The notes under the pieces were generated by a model. That model saw only the letters and a list, made by a program, of their open reading frames with translations, was not told the origin of the DNA and searched no databases. From a virus (taxonomy: Duplodnaviria > Caudoviricetes), in the IMG/VR virus record IMGVR_UViG_3300024518_002718, positions 1-39,332 of that record: 39,332 nucleotides of DNA. The stretch is one strand, 5' to 3'. Positions within the stretch are counted from its first letter, which is position 1. Every line of letters begins with the position of its first letter. A program made the translations under genes and the position numbers. Of the stretch, positions 1 to 6,810 are shown piece by piece.

Positions 1-43
1 TCGCCAGCTTGCCGTCTGCGGTGATGTAGATAATCGGGGGCAT
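1..43 (-). CDS. 5' fragment (MPPIIYITADGKLA...) of a variant allele of the small gene at 39087-39236, cut by the window edge
   Basis: 1-35 is identical to 39194-39228; ATG at 43-41 follows GGAGGATCACAC. Confidence 0.75.
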   Translation of the reverse strand, partial: MPPIIYITADGKLA

Positions 44-55
44 GTGTGATCCTCC
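41..55. repeat. 15-bp direct repeat CATGTGTGATCCTCC (minus strand GGAGGATCACACATG = Shine-Dalgarno + start codon); copies at 41-55, 680-694, 39234-39248
   Basis: Exact matches read directly. Confidence 0.95.
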
Positions 56-77
56 TGATGATGTTGGTTTTTAAAAT

Positions 78-359
78 TCAGCCGTAGCCGTAGCCGTAGC
101 CGTAGCCGTAGCCGTAGCCGTCGCCGTAGCCGTAGCCGTAGCCGTAGCCGTAGCCGTCGCCGAAGCCGTAGCCGTAGCCGTAGCCGTAGCCGTAGCCGTA
201 GCCGTAGCCGTAGCCGTCGCCGTCGCCGAAGCCGTAGCCGTAGCCGTAGCCGTCGCCGTCGCCGTCGCCGTAGCCGTAGCCGTAGCCGTCGCCGTCGCCG
301 TAGCCGTAGCCGTCGCCGTCGCCGTCGCCGTCGCCGTCTAGAGTTACCTGCCAGACCAT
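78..359 (-). CDS. Gly-Tyr/Gly-Asp dipeptide repeat protein (93 aa, MVWQVTLDGDGDG...GYGYG)
   Basis: Open frame overlapping the end of the upstream gene; almost entirely (GY/GD/GF)n. Confidence 0.65.
   Translation of the reverse strand: MVWQVTLDGDGDGDGDGYGYGDGDGYGYGYGDGDGDGYGYGYGFGDGDGYGYGYGYGYGYGYGYGFGDGYGYGYGYGYGDGYGYGYGYGYGYG
81..338. repeat. Hexamer tandem array (GCCGTA/GCCGTC/GCCGAA)n
   Basis: Directly visible; encodes the GY/GD repeats. Confidence 0.97.
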
Positions 360-682
360 GCCGACGCCTCGCATGGAATAATTGCGATGACGGCCCGCTT
401 GGCGACCTTCACAGTGGCGGGTTCATCCAGTTTGGTCTTGTCCGTGGGGCCGTGATTTGCGATCTGATTCAAGCCGCGCTCAGCCCCCCAAACGCGCACG
501 ATCTGCGCATCTTTGATGATGGTGTACTCGCCATCGTCGCAGGCATCCCCCACCCAGACGTGGCCGCGATCCGCGACGACAATAGCGAGGCCATGGTGGC
601 CGTCGTTTGGTGAGGTCTGCGTCTCTGACTGCCCCGTAAGGGCGCCGATGATTGCGGCGAGTTGACTTGTGGTGATGCTCAT
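344..682 (-). CDS. Conserved phage protein, DUF6948-like
   Basis: IVVADRGHVWVG...DAQIVRVWGAERGLNQIANHGP pattern; strong RBS GGAGGA; this family is typically next to Gly-rich repeat ORFs. Confidence 0.75.
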   Translation of the reverse strand: MSITTSQLAAIIGALTGQSETQTSPNDGHHGLAIVVADRGHVWVGDACDDGEYTIIKDAQIVRVWGAERGLNQIANHGPTDKTKLDEPATVKVAKRAVIAIIPCEASAWSGR

Positions 683-727
683 GTGTGATCCTCCATCCGT
701 TGGCCGCGTTGGTGCGGCGATGGGGAT

Positions 728-757
728 CTATCTAACAAAACCGCATACACCAGTCAA
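728..757 (-). promoter_or_regulatory. Leftward early promoter (PL-like) with operator-like 14-mer
   Basis: Minus strand TTGACT-N17-TAGATA; GTTTTGTTAGATAG shared with the rightward promoter. Confidence 0.7.
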
Positions 758-822
758 ACAAAAAGTGAGACCGGGCGACTGATTCTGTCACACGGCCTCG
801 CTCGATTTTGGCTTTTGATGGT

Positions 823-1050
823 TTAGGCGGCGTTGCTACCTGAATGCACGCCGGAAATCAGAACGTCCAAGGATGTGCCTGTGATTTTGGCAATCTTCTG
901 CAAATGCAGTAGGTCCGGTTCGGTCTCTGCCGCCTCCCATCGCCTATAACGGGCCTCCGCGATGCCGAGCGCCTCGGCGAACTGGCGGATGGTCGGGTAT
1001 CCTGCGGTGACCCTGGCTGCTTCCAGGCGTCGGGCGAATGCTTGTCGCAA
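823..1050 (-). CDS. XRE/Cro-C1 HTH repressor (CI-like, no S24 peptidase domain)
   Basis: RRLEAARVTAGY..IRQFAEALGIAEARYRRWE..ETEPDL.HLQKIAKITGTSLDVL; divergent from a cro-like gene; start (TTG) uncertain. Confidence 0.85.
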   Translation of the reverse strand: MRQAFARRLEAARVTAGYPTIRQFAEALGIAEARYRRWEAAETEPDLLHLQKIAKITGTSLDVLISGVHSGSNAA

Positions 1051-1157
1051 TGGTGAAGCGGGCTTTGGGGGCGTTTGGCTGGCATAGCCAAGGTATGCGT
1101 CACGACACGTATCATTTCACGTCACCTTTTTGGATGCAGGAATCTAACGTTTTGTTA

Positions 1158-1188
1158 TTGACTGCTCACGTGCCGTTTTGTTAGATAG
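1158..1188 (+). promoter_or_regulatory. Rightward early promoter (PR-like) with operator-like 14-mer
   Basis: TTGACT-N18-TAGATA; GTTTTGTTAGATAG at 1175-1188 is the inverted copy of 728-741. Confidence 0.7.
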
Positions 1189-1195
1189 GGTCATC

Positions 1196-1411
1196 ATGGT
1201 ATATCCCCAACCCCTCATCGACCGCTACGGAAGTGCCGCAGAGTTTGCGGCGGCGGCTTCTGCGCACCCAGACGCACCCAAGCCACTGACGAGACAGGCC
1301 GTCTATCAGTGGAAGCAGAGAAACAGTGTTCCGTTCATGTGGCGTCACATTGTTCGTCAGATTGCCTGCAATGCGCCAAGCGGTGCTGGAACAGATCGGG
1401 GCGCGGCATGA
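1196..1411 (+). CDS. Cro-like HTH regulator
   Basis: LIDRYGSAAEFAAA...LTRQAVYQWKQRNSVP; position opposite the repressor. Confidence 0.8.
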   Translation: MVYPQPLIDRYGSAAEFAAAASAHPDAPKPLTRQAVYQWKQRNSVPFMWRHIVRQIACNAPSGAGTDRGAA

Positions 1412-1567
1412 CTGCGCCCCTCACCCCATCATTGGAGCGACTTTCTGAGGCAAGCGGCTGCGCTGGTCTAAAACAAGCCTGCGATGCAGATCGGCGCTCC
1501 GATGCGCATGGACCGACAATCGCAGGAATGCAGGGCTTGGCGCACCAGACGCGCCCACAGTTTCCGA

Positions 1568-1643
1568 ACCCGCAGGGTGACTCCTCCCTAACTGCGGACA
1601 CTCCCCCCAGCGGCATCCTCCCAGAGCCGCTGGGGGCTTTTCT
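1568..1643 (+). ncRNA. Cuckoo/CcsR-like sRNA: two hairpins with anti-SD loops, the second also a terminator
   Basis: CCGCAG(1570-75)/CTGCGG(1592-97) with loop CTCCTCCC; CCCCCAGCGGC(1604-14)/GCCGCTGGGGG(1626-36) with loop ATCCTCCC, then CTTTTCT. Confidence 0.65.
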
Positions 1644-1662
1644 ATAAGGCTAGGGGCGGGAA

Positions 1663-1854
1663 ATGCGCTCCATTAGCCGCAGAGACGGGCACATCACAAT
1701 CACCCTGCCGGATGCGGATGCTCAGACACTCCAAGTCGCTCTCGCTCCGGTCATGCAGGGCCAGACTACCAGCAAATCAACAGACGACCTGCGGCAGAGC
1801 CTCATCAGAGGCATTGCGCGGGCTTTGGACAAGGGAACCAAGCGAAATGCTTAA
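1663..1854 (+). CDS. Hypothetical protein
   Basis: 63-aa ORF with purine-rich RBS, coupled to ssb. Confidence 0.65.
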   Translation: MRSISRRDGHITITLPDADAQTLQVALAPVMQGQTTSKSTDDLRQSLIRGIARALDKGTKRNA

Positions 1855-2302
1855 CAGATGCGAATTTATCGGCAACCTCGGGCGTGATCCGGAAGTGCGG
1901 ACCTTTCAGAACGGCGACAAGGTTTGCAACCTGCGTCTGGCCGTTTCCGAGAAATGGAAAGACCGCGACACAGGGGAGCGCAAAGAGCGCACGGAATGGG
2001 TGTCGGTTGCTATCTTCGGCCCCTTGGCGGGCATTGCTGAACAGTACCTTTCCAAGGGGTCCAAGGTCTATCTCGCGGGCAAACTGGTCACGCGCAAATG
2101 GCAGGACCAAAGCGGCCAGGACCGCTACAGCACCGAAGTCACGTTGCAGGGGCCACAGGCTCAAATGACCATGCTTGATGCCCCCCGAGAGGATCGGCAG
2201 GGCGGCGGCGGGTACGATCAAAGCCCCGAGGGCAATGGCGGCTACGGGTCTGGCGATAGCCCTTCCCAGCAGCGGGAAATGGACGATGAAATCCCCTTCT
2301 GA
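1847..2302 (+). CDS. ssb: Single-stranded DNA-binding protein
   Basis: LNRCEFIGNLGRDPEVR...ERTEW...KGSKVY..GKL.TRKW; acidic tail DDEIPF. Confidence 0.97.
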   Translation: MLNRCEFIGNLGRDPEVRTFQNGDKVCNLRLAVSEKWKDRDTGERKERTEWVSVAIFGPLAGIAEQYLSKGSKVYLAGKLVTRKWQDQSGQDRYSTEVTLQGPQAQMTMLDAPREDRQGGGGYDQSPEGNGGYGSGDSPSQQREMDDEIPF

Positions 2303-2346
2303 CCAGTCAACCTTAAGGCGTTTGAAAAAATTTCACGGAGACTGAC

Positions 2347-2592
2347 ATGGACGGAACCTACGGATTGGCCGCTGGCGAACTGACGCAGCTTATTGAGCGC
2401 GTGGAGAAATTGCGGGCCGAGCAAGCTGAACTCAAGGAACTTGAGCGTGAGGTTTTCGCGGAAGCCAAGGGCCGTGGGTACATGACCCGTCCGATGCGGT
2501 CCCTCATCAAGCTGCGTGCGCAAGACCCCGACCAGAGGGCGGAGGAAGCTGCCGTTCTCGAAATGTATAAGAGCGCGGTGGGCATGTCATGA
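2347..2592 (+). CDS. DUF2312/GapR-like DNA-binding protein
   Basis: ELTQLIERVEKL..E...EVFAEAKGRGY....R.LIKLR..D...R.EE.AVLEMYK.A.GM. Confidence 0.9.
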   Translation: MDGTYGLAAGELTQLIERVEKLRAEQAELKELEREVFAEAKGRGYMTRPMRSLIKLRAQDPDQRAEEAAVLEMYKSAVGMS

Positions 2593-2720
2593 GGCCGCGA
2601 CAGTCCCTTCGCCTGAGTAAGTGCCAGGAGGCTGCATATCTCCGGGTCCACAGCATCCTTGCCAAGCCCCCAAGGCAGTCACGCTTGCGCGCGCTGTGGG
2701 CCGCTCTGGGGTTGCGCTGA
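2589..2720 (+). CDS. Small basic hypothetical protein (43 aa)
   Basis: ATGA and TGATG overlaps with both neighbours; fills the gap exactly. Confidence 0.55.
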   Translation: MRPRQSLRLSKCQEAAYLRVHSILAKPPRQSRLRALWAALGLR

Positions 2721-3115
2721 TGGCTGTGGATAGGGAGGGGCCGATACAGGAGGCCATCGTCAGCTATTTGCGCCTGATTTTTCCAGAGCCGCAGATTGTT
2801 CACCATGCGCGAAACGAGGTCAACAAGCGCGGCAAGCACATTGCCATGGAACTGTCTAAGGCCAAGAGGCGGGGCGCGGTAAAGGGTTTCCCTGATATTG
2901 TTGTCCTGCCATTTTCGACGCTTGGAGCAATGTTTTTCGAGGTCAAGGCGGAAGGCAGATATGCCAACCCATCACAGCGCGACATTCACGACAGGCTGCG
3001 GGCGCTGGGCTATCGTATAGCTGTTGTGCGTTCGATTGACGACGTGCGCGAGGTTCTGACGGAGTGGGGCATCCCTAGTCATGATGTGTCACAGAAAAGC
3101 GCCCCGGACGATTAG
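2720..3115 (+). CDS. VRR-NUC (PD-(D/E)XK) nuclease, putative junction resolvase
   Basis: EGPIQEAI...GAVKGFPDI...FFEVKAEGR....Q...L..LG....VVRS. Confidence 0.88.
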   Translation: MAVDREGPIQEAIVSYLRLIFPEPQIVHHARNEVNKRGKHIAMELSKAKRRGAVKGFPDIVVLPFSTLGAMFFEVKAEGRYANPSQRDIHDRLRALGYRIAVVRSIDDVREVLTEWGIPSHDVSQKSAPDD

Positions 3116-3127
3116 CCCGAGGCGCTT
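3093..3127 (-). terminator. Intrinsic terminator on the minus strand
   Basis: AAGCGCCTCGGG-CTAATCG-TCCGGGGCGCTT followed by TTCT. Confidence 0.6.
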
Positions 3128-3154
3128 GAATTTGCCGTGAGTAGCGGCTAGAGT
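3126..3154 (+). promoter_or_regulatory. Putative promoter upstream of the replication initiator
   Basis: TTGAAT-N17-TAGAGT. Confidence 0.45.
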
Positions 3155-3232
3155 GTACGTGTCAACGCAGGTCACTTTTAGCATGGGGAGCCATGCAAAT
3201 GCAAGGGCCTGCCCAATAGAGAAACGGGCAAA

Positions 3233-3964
3233 ATGAGTCTACCTTACTTTCCCATGTATCCCTCAGACTTTGAGGCCAAAACCTCGCATTTAAGCATTGC
3301 GGAGGATGGCGCGTACAATCGGCTTTTGCGCATTTGCTGGATGACGCCAGGATGTACCTTGCCTAATGACGAGGCGTGGATAATGCGTCGAGTTCGGGCG
3401 CATAGCGATCAGGACAAAGAAGCGGTTCTGACTGTTTTGGCAGAGTTTTTCACAGTCAAAAATGGTCGCCTTAGCAATGCTAGGCTTTCTAGAGAATGGG
3501 TGTCTGCAAACGAAGCACATATCAAGCGCGTTTCGGCGGGATCAAGGGGCGGAAAAGCTAAGGCATTGAATAGAAACGATAACGGGTCTAGCAATGTTAA
3601 AGCAAAGCCCAAGCAACCAGAACCAGAACCAGAACCAGAACCAGTTAAAAGAGATACTAGCGTATCTCCAAAAAAGCGCGCTTGCGCCATCCCTGAAAAT
3701 TGGGTTCCATCAGACAAAAACGTAGATCAAGCCCTTTCTAAGGGACTTTCTGAACAGGAGATAAGCCATGAAGCAGATAGATTTAGAGATTACCACCTTG
3801 CAAAAGGCACGACATTCAAAGACTGGGATGCAGGGTGGCGAACGTGGTGCGGTAACGCAGTCAAGCACAGAGGTAGCCGCATGGCTGGCCAGCAAGGCCC
3901 CAGCGGATATGGACAGGGCAGCAGTATCGCGAGCATCGTCGCACGGCGTCACGCTGGGGGTTAA
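3233..3964 (+). CDS. DUF1376/YdaU-family replication initiator
   Basis: LPYFPMYPSDF...T.HLS..E.GAY.RLL...W; EPEPEPEP linker; C-terminal FRDYH..KG....DWDAGWRTW. Confidence 0.88.
   Translation: MSLPYFPMYPSDFEAKTSHLSIAEDGAYNRLLRICWMTPGCTLPNDEAWIMRRVRAHSDQDKEAVLTVLAEFFTVKNGRLSNARLSREWVSANEAHIKRVSAGSRGGKAKALNRNDNGSSNVKAKPKQPEPEPEPEPVKRDTSVSPKKRACAIPENWVPSDKNVDQALSKGLSEQEISHEADRFRDYHLAKGTTFKDWDAGWRTWCGNAVKHRGSRMAGQQGPSGYGQGSSIASIVARRHAGG
3615..3644 (+). repeat. (AACCAG)x5 inside the initiator linker
   Basis: Directly visible; encodes the EP repeat. Confidence 0.9.
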
Positions 3965-4517
3965 GTATGAAGGCCGATATCCGACCGGCCCAAACGGGGA
4001 GTGCCTCCCCTCTTATGAGGTAGCCGCGTCCTGCGAAATTCACGGGACCGATGCACAGAGACAGGCGGCAAAGCGTGACGTTGAAAAGTTTCTGACGCCT
4101 GCCCCGGTTCGCGCTATCGAAGCATGGCTTGCAGAGTTGTCCGTGATAACCGCAGGCCGGGGCCGTGAGGGATTCGACGCGGAATTGATGGTCACGGCCT
4201 ACGCTGCGCGCTTAGCACAATTCCCGGCTGATGTGGTCAGGGAAGCGTTGCTTGGCAGGGCTTGGAAGTGGTTCCCCACATGGGCTGAACTGGAGGTGAT
4301 CTGCAAGGCTAAGGCCAGCCCGCGCCGCCACATGCTTGCCGCACTTTCTCAGCCAGAGCCAGACCACGAGCCACAGCGCCGACAGCCGACAGCGGAGGAG
4401 CGCGAACGGATAGCGGCGCTGGTCGCGGAGCAGTTTCCGCACGCGCCGCGCAAATGGGGAAACCGGGCCGTTGCCGAGGTCACCAGCGGCGATTGCATGA
4501 AGGAGGCTGGCGCATGA
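3768..4517 (+). CDS. Putative replication accessory (helicase loader-like) protein; start uncertain
   Basis: Follows and overlaps the initiator; Y...L..FPADVV..AL.....WFPTWAEL pattern. Confidence 0.6.
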   Translation: MKQIDLEITTLQKARHSKTGMQGGERGAVTQSSTEVAAWLASKAPADMDRAAVSRASSHGVTLGVKYEGRYPTGPNGECLPSYEVAASCEIHGTDAQRQAAKRDVEKFLTPAPVRAIEAWLAELSVITAGRGREGFDAELMVTAYAARLAQFPADVVREALLGRAWKWFPTWAELEVICKAKASPRRHMLAALSQPEPDHEPQRRQPTAEERERIAALVAEQFPHAPRKWGNRAVAEVTSGDCMKEAGA

Positions 4518-4858
4518 TGGCTTTGGATTGCGTCAAGGCCGCGTCGATCGCATTCAACGTGCCGCTGGATGAGATCACAGGGAGCAAACGCAGCCACTGG
4601 ATTGTGCAGGCGCGATTCGCCAGTATCTATATCGCCACGGGCATTTTTAACCACAAGATTTCAGCTATCGGTCGGGCCATCAATCGGGACTGGACGAGCG
4701 TTTTAAATGGCCAGCGCCGTGCTGAATTGTGGATGCGGACCGATGCCCTTTTTGAAAGCCGCGTGAAGTCTGCGATGGCGCTTCTGGCACCAAGCGACGT
4801 TATCGGCAGGGATGGTGAATTTCACAGGCACGGTTCTTTGACGGAGCGCAAAACATGA
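4514..4858 (+). CDS. DnaA C-terminal-domain-like HTH protein
   Basis: FNVPLDEITGSKRSHWIVQARF...Y.......S.IGRAINRDWTSV resembles the DnaA domain IV RDHTTV signature. Confidence 0.8.
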   Translation: MMALDCVKAASIAFNVPLDEITGSKRSHWIVQARFASIYIATGIFNHKISAIGRAINRDWTSVLNGQRRAELWMRTDALFESRVKSAMALLAPSDVIGRDGEFHRHGSLTERKT

Positions 4859-5079
4859 ACGCAGAGCGCGCAAGAGACCATCGGGATTTGGCAATTCTGG
4901 ACGCCATCGAATGGACAAGCCCAGCCCAGGCGCGGCGGGAATTCGACCTGACGCCTGGGCAGGTGTCGGGGATGCGATGGCGCATGATGAACCCACGCAA
5001 TCTGCCGAAATGCCAATGCACGAAAGCCGCGAACAAAGACGGCGGGATGCCGCGTCTGTGGTGGAAGGAAAGCACATGA
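4855..5079 (+). CDS. Hypothetical small protein, possible HTH
   Basis: ATGA-coupled on both sides. Confidence 0.6.
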   Translation: MNAERARDHRDLAILDAIEWTSPAQARREFDLTPGQVSGMRWRMMNPRNLPKCQCTKAANKDGGMPRLWWKEST

Positions 5080-5444
5080 TCCGCATCGCACTCATCGCAG
5101 CACTAGCGACACCAGCCGCAGCGCAGGAAAACATTCACGTCTGGCCAGGAACCGCAGTGTCCGGGCACATCCCCAGCACCATCGAACTACATGACCCGCG
5201 TGCGCCAAACGCCGTCGCGTCCCTGACTTTTCACAACACGGAAGTCCACGCGCTGGATGAAGCCCTAACCCTCACCTGGCACGGCATCACGCTGCAAATC
5301 GGCGTTGAATTTCAGGGAGGCGATTACGGGGCAGAGGTTCTCACAATCATCGCCCCGCCGGGATATGTAGCCGTGCCCCCAGAATTGACCGTGCCCGAAA
5401 AGGAGACGCGCGTCTCACATATCTACAAATTCGAGGGGATGTGA
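5076..5444 (+). CDS. Hypothetical exported protein
   Basis: Signal-peptide-like MIRIALIAALATPAAA-QE; RBS GAAGGA; coupled to neighbours. Confidence 0.7.
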   Translation: MIRIALIAALATPAAAQENIHVWPGTAVSGHIPSTIELHDPRAPNAVASLTFHNTEVHALDEALTLTWHGITLQIGVEFQGGDYGAEVLTIIAPPGYVAVPPELTVPEKETRVSHIYKFEGM

Positions 5445-6805
5445 TGTGGTGCTACCTCCCCGAAACGGATTGTCTCTTTGCAGCGGAGCCGGTGGATTGG
5501 ATATGGGCCTCAGTCTCGCCCATCCAGGCTTTCACACACGATGCTTTGTCGAATGGGAAGAATACCCCCGGCAAAGCATCATCGCCGCACAGCGCGCAGG
5601 GTATTTCGCCCCAGCCCCGATATGGGACGACCTTACCACATTCGACGCAAAGCCCCTCAGAGGCGCACTCGATACCGTCCTTGCCGGGTATCCCTGCCAG
5701 CCATTTAGCCACGCGGGACAGCGCAAAGGCGCAGACGATCCCCGCCACCTCTGGCCACACGTCGCCCGCGTCATCATCGAACTGGACCCGCGATGGGTGT
5801 TCCTCGAAAACGTCGCAGGGCACGTCAGCCTTGGCGCTGAGGCCGTGTTGCGAGAATTATGGGGCATGGGCTACACGCCTGCGGCTGGCACATTCTCAGC
5901 GGCTGAAACTGGCGCAACGCACCAGCGCCTCCGATGGTTCTGCGTGGCCTACCGCGACAGTCTGCACCGGGAGTCAAACAGCAGAAAATCCGACGCCGGG
6001 GCAGACGGGCGGGACGAGCCTATCAGGGGCAGCGGAAATGTGGCCCACAGCGCAAGCGAGGGACTTCCGCTCCGGGGACAACCCGAACAGCCCGAGGCAG
6101 GCGCGAAAACTGGAACAGGGATGGTCGCAGAACCTCAACGACGTGGCGGAGGCAGCGCAATGGCCAACGCCGATGGCGGGGACACCAGCGCAGAACGGCA
6201 ACAGCGCAGCGGGGAACAACGACTTCACACGCAAAGCAGAGGAATTGGCGGCGGCAATGTGGGGAACCCCGCGGGCATCGGATGCGGAGAAAGGCGGCCC
6301 GAACATGAAATTCGGATCGGGCGGGACACCCCTGCCAGCACAGGCAGCGCAATGGCCAACGCCAGCAGCACAAAACCACAAGGGGAGCAGCCCGGACAGC
6401 GTGACCAGGGCGGACGGCAAGAGCCGAATGGATATTCTCCACTACGCTGCGGAGCAGGGCTTTTCCCACCCGGACCAAGCAACGCCGCAGCATGGGCCGA
6501 CGCTCTCGCAAATTCTCCGCATATGGCGCCATCTGCGAGCCTCAGTGATTGCTACGCACAAGCGCGCAACGTGGCGGCGTCTCATGCGGTCGAGGACCAA
6601 GCGCCGGCTGAATCCACTGTTCGTCGAATGGTTGATGGGTTGGCCACCCGGTCACGCGCTTTGCGATTGCTCGGAAACGGAGTTTGCCCAATTTCAGCAG
6701 CGTATGCGTGGCGCACTCTCAGCGCTGCCCACGGCCTCCGGCCCGTGGATCTGGAAGCCGCCAGCGCAAACAGCACCGGAACAAACACAAATGGAGATGT
6801 TCTGA
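5441..6805 (+). CDS. Overlapping alternative-frame partner of the C5 MTase, with WPTP repeats and motif IX
   Basis: 454 open codons overlapping the MTase; five W(P/G)T(P/A) modules; RRLNPLFVEWLMGWPPG; true start could be internal. Confidence 0.7.
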   Translation: MMWCYLPETDCLFAAEPVDWIWASVSPIQAFTHDALSNGKNTPGKASSPHSAQGISPQPRYGTTLPHSTQSPSEAHSIPSLPGIPASHLATRDSAKAQTIPATSGHTSPASSSNWTRDGCSSKTSQGTSALALRPCCENYGAWATRLRLAHSQRLKLAQRTSASDGSAWPTATVCTGSQTAENPTPGQTGGTSLSGAAEMWPTAQARDFRSGDNPNSPRQARKLEQGWSQNLNDVAEAAQWPTPMAGTPAQNGNSAAGNNDFTRKAEELAAAMWGTPRASDAEKGGPNMKFGSGGTPLPAQAAQWPTPAAQNHKGSSPDSVTRADGKSRMDILHYAAEQGFSHPDQATPQHGPTLSQILRIWRHLRASVIATHKRATWRRLMRSRTKRRLNPLFVEWLMGWPPGHALCDCSETEFAQFQQRMRGALSALPTASGPWIWKPPAQTAPEQTQMEMF

Positions 6806-6810
6806 CATGA
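5446..6810 (+). CDS. C5 cytosine DNA methyltransferase, catalytic (alpha) frame
   Basis: Motif I SLCSGAGG, IV AGYPCQPFS, VI LENV, VIII HQRLRWF, X LRLLGNGV. Confidence 0.93.
   Translation: MVLPPRNGLSLCSGAGGLDMGLSLAHPGFHTRCFVEWEEYPRQSIIAAQRAGYFAPAPIWDDLTTFDAKPLRGALDTVLAGYPCQPFSHAGQRKGADDPRHLWPHVARVIIELDPRWVFLENVAGHVSLGAEAVLRELWGMGYTPAAGTFSAAETGATHQRLRWFCVAYRDSLHRESNSRKSDAGADGRDEPIRGSGNVAHSASEGLPLRGQPEQPEAGAKTGTGMVAEPQRRGGGSAMANADGGDTSAERQQRSGEQRLHTQSRGIGGGNVGNPAGIGCGERRPEHEIRIGRDTPASTGSAMANASSTKPQGEQPGQRDQGGRQEPNGYSPLRCGAGLFPPGPSNAAAWADALANSPHMAPSASLSDCYAQARNVAASHAVEDQAPAESTVRRMVDGLATRSRALRLLGNGVCPISAAYAWRTLSAAHGLRPVDLEAASANSTGTNTNGDVLT
6150..6363 (+). repeat. 22-bp direct repeat AGGCAGCGCAATGGCCAACGCC at 6150-6171 and 6342-6363
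   Basis: Exact match; encodes AAQWPTP in the alternative frame. Confidence 0.9.

Noticed and set aside
81-338. CRISPR array or telomere-like repeat
   Set aside because: No spacers; variation follows Gly-X codons of an open frame
858-1115. Alternative ORF or frameshifted N-terminus for the repressor (ATG at 1085)
   Set aside because: Different frame from the HTH, no slippery site evident; the TTG start already gives a complete HTH domain
1309-1647. CII-like CDS after cro
   Set aside because: No recognisable motif and the 3' half coincides with the hairpin RNA; a short coupled ORF from 1408 cannot be excluded
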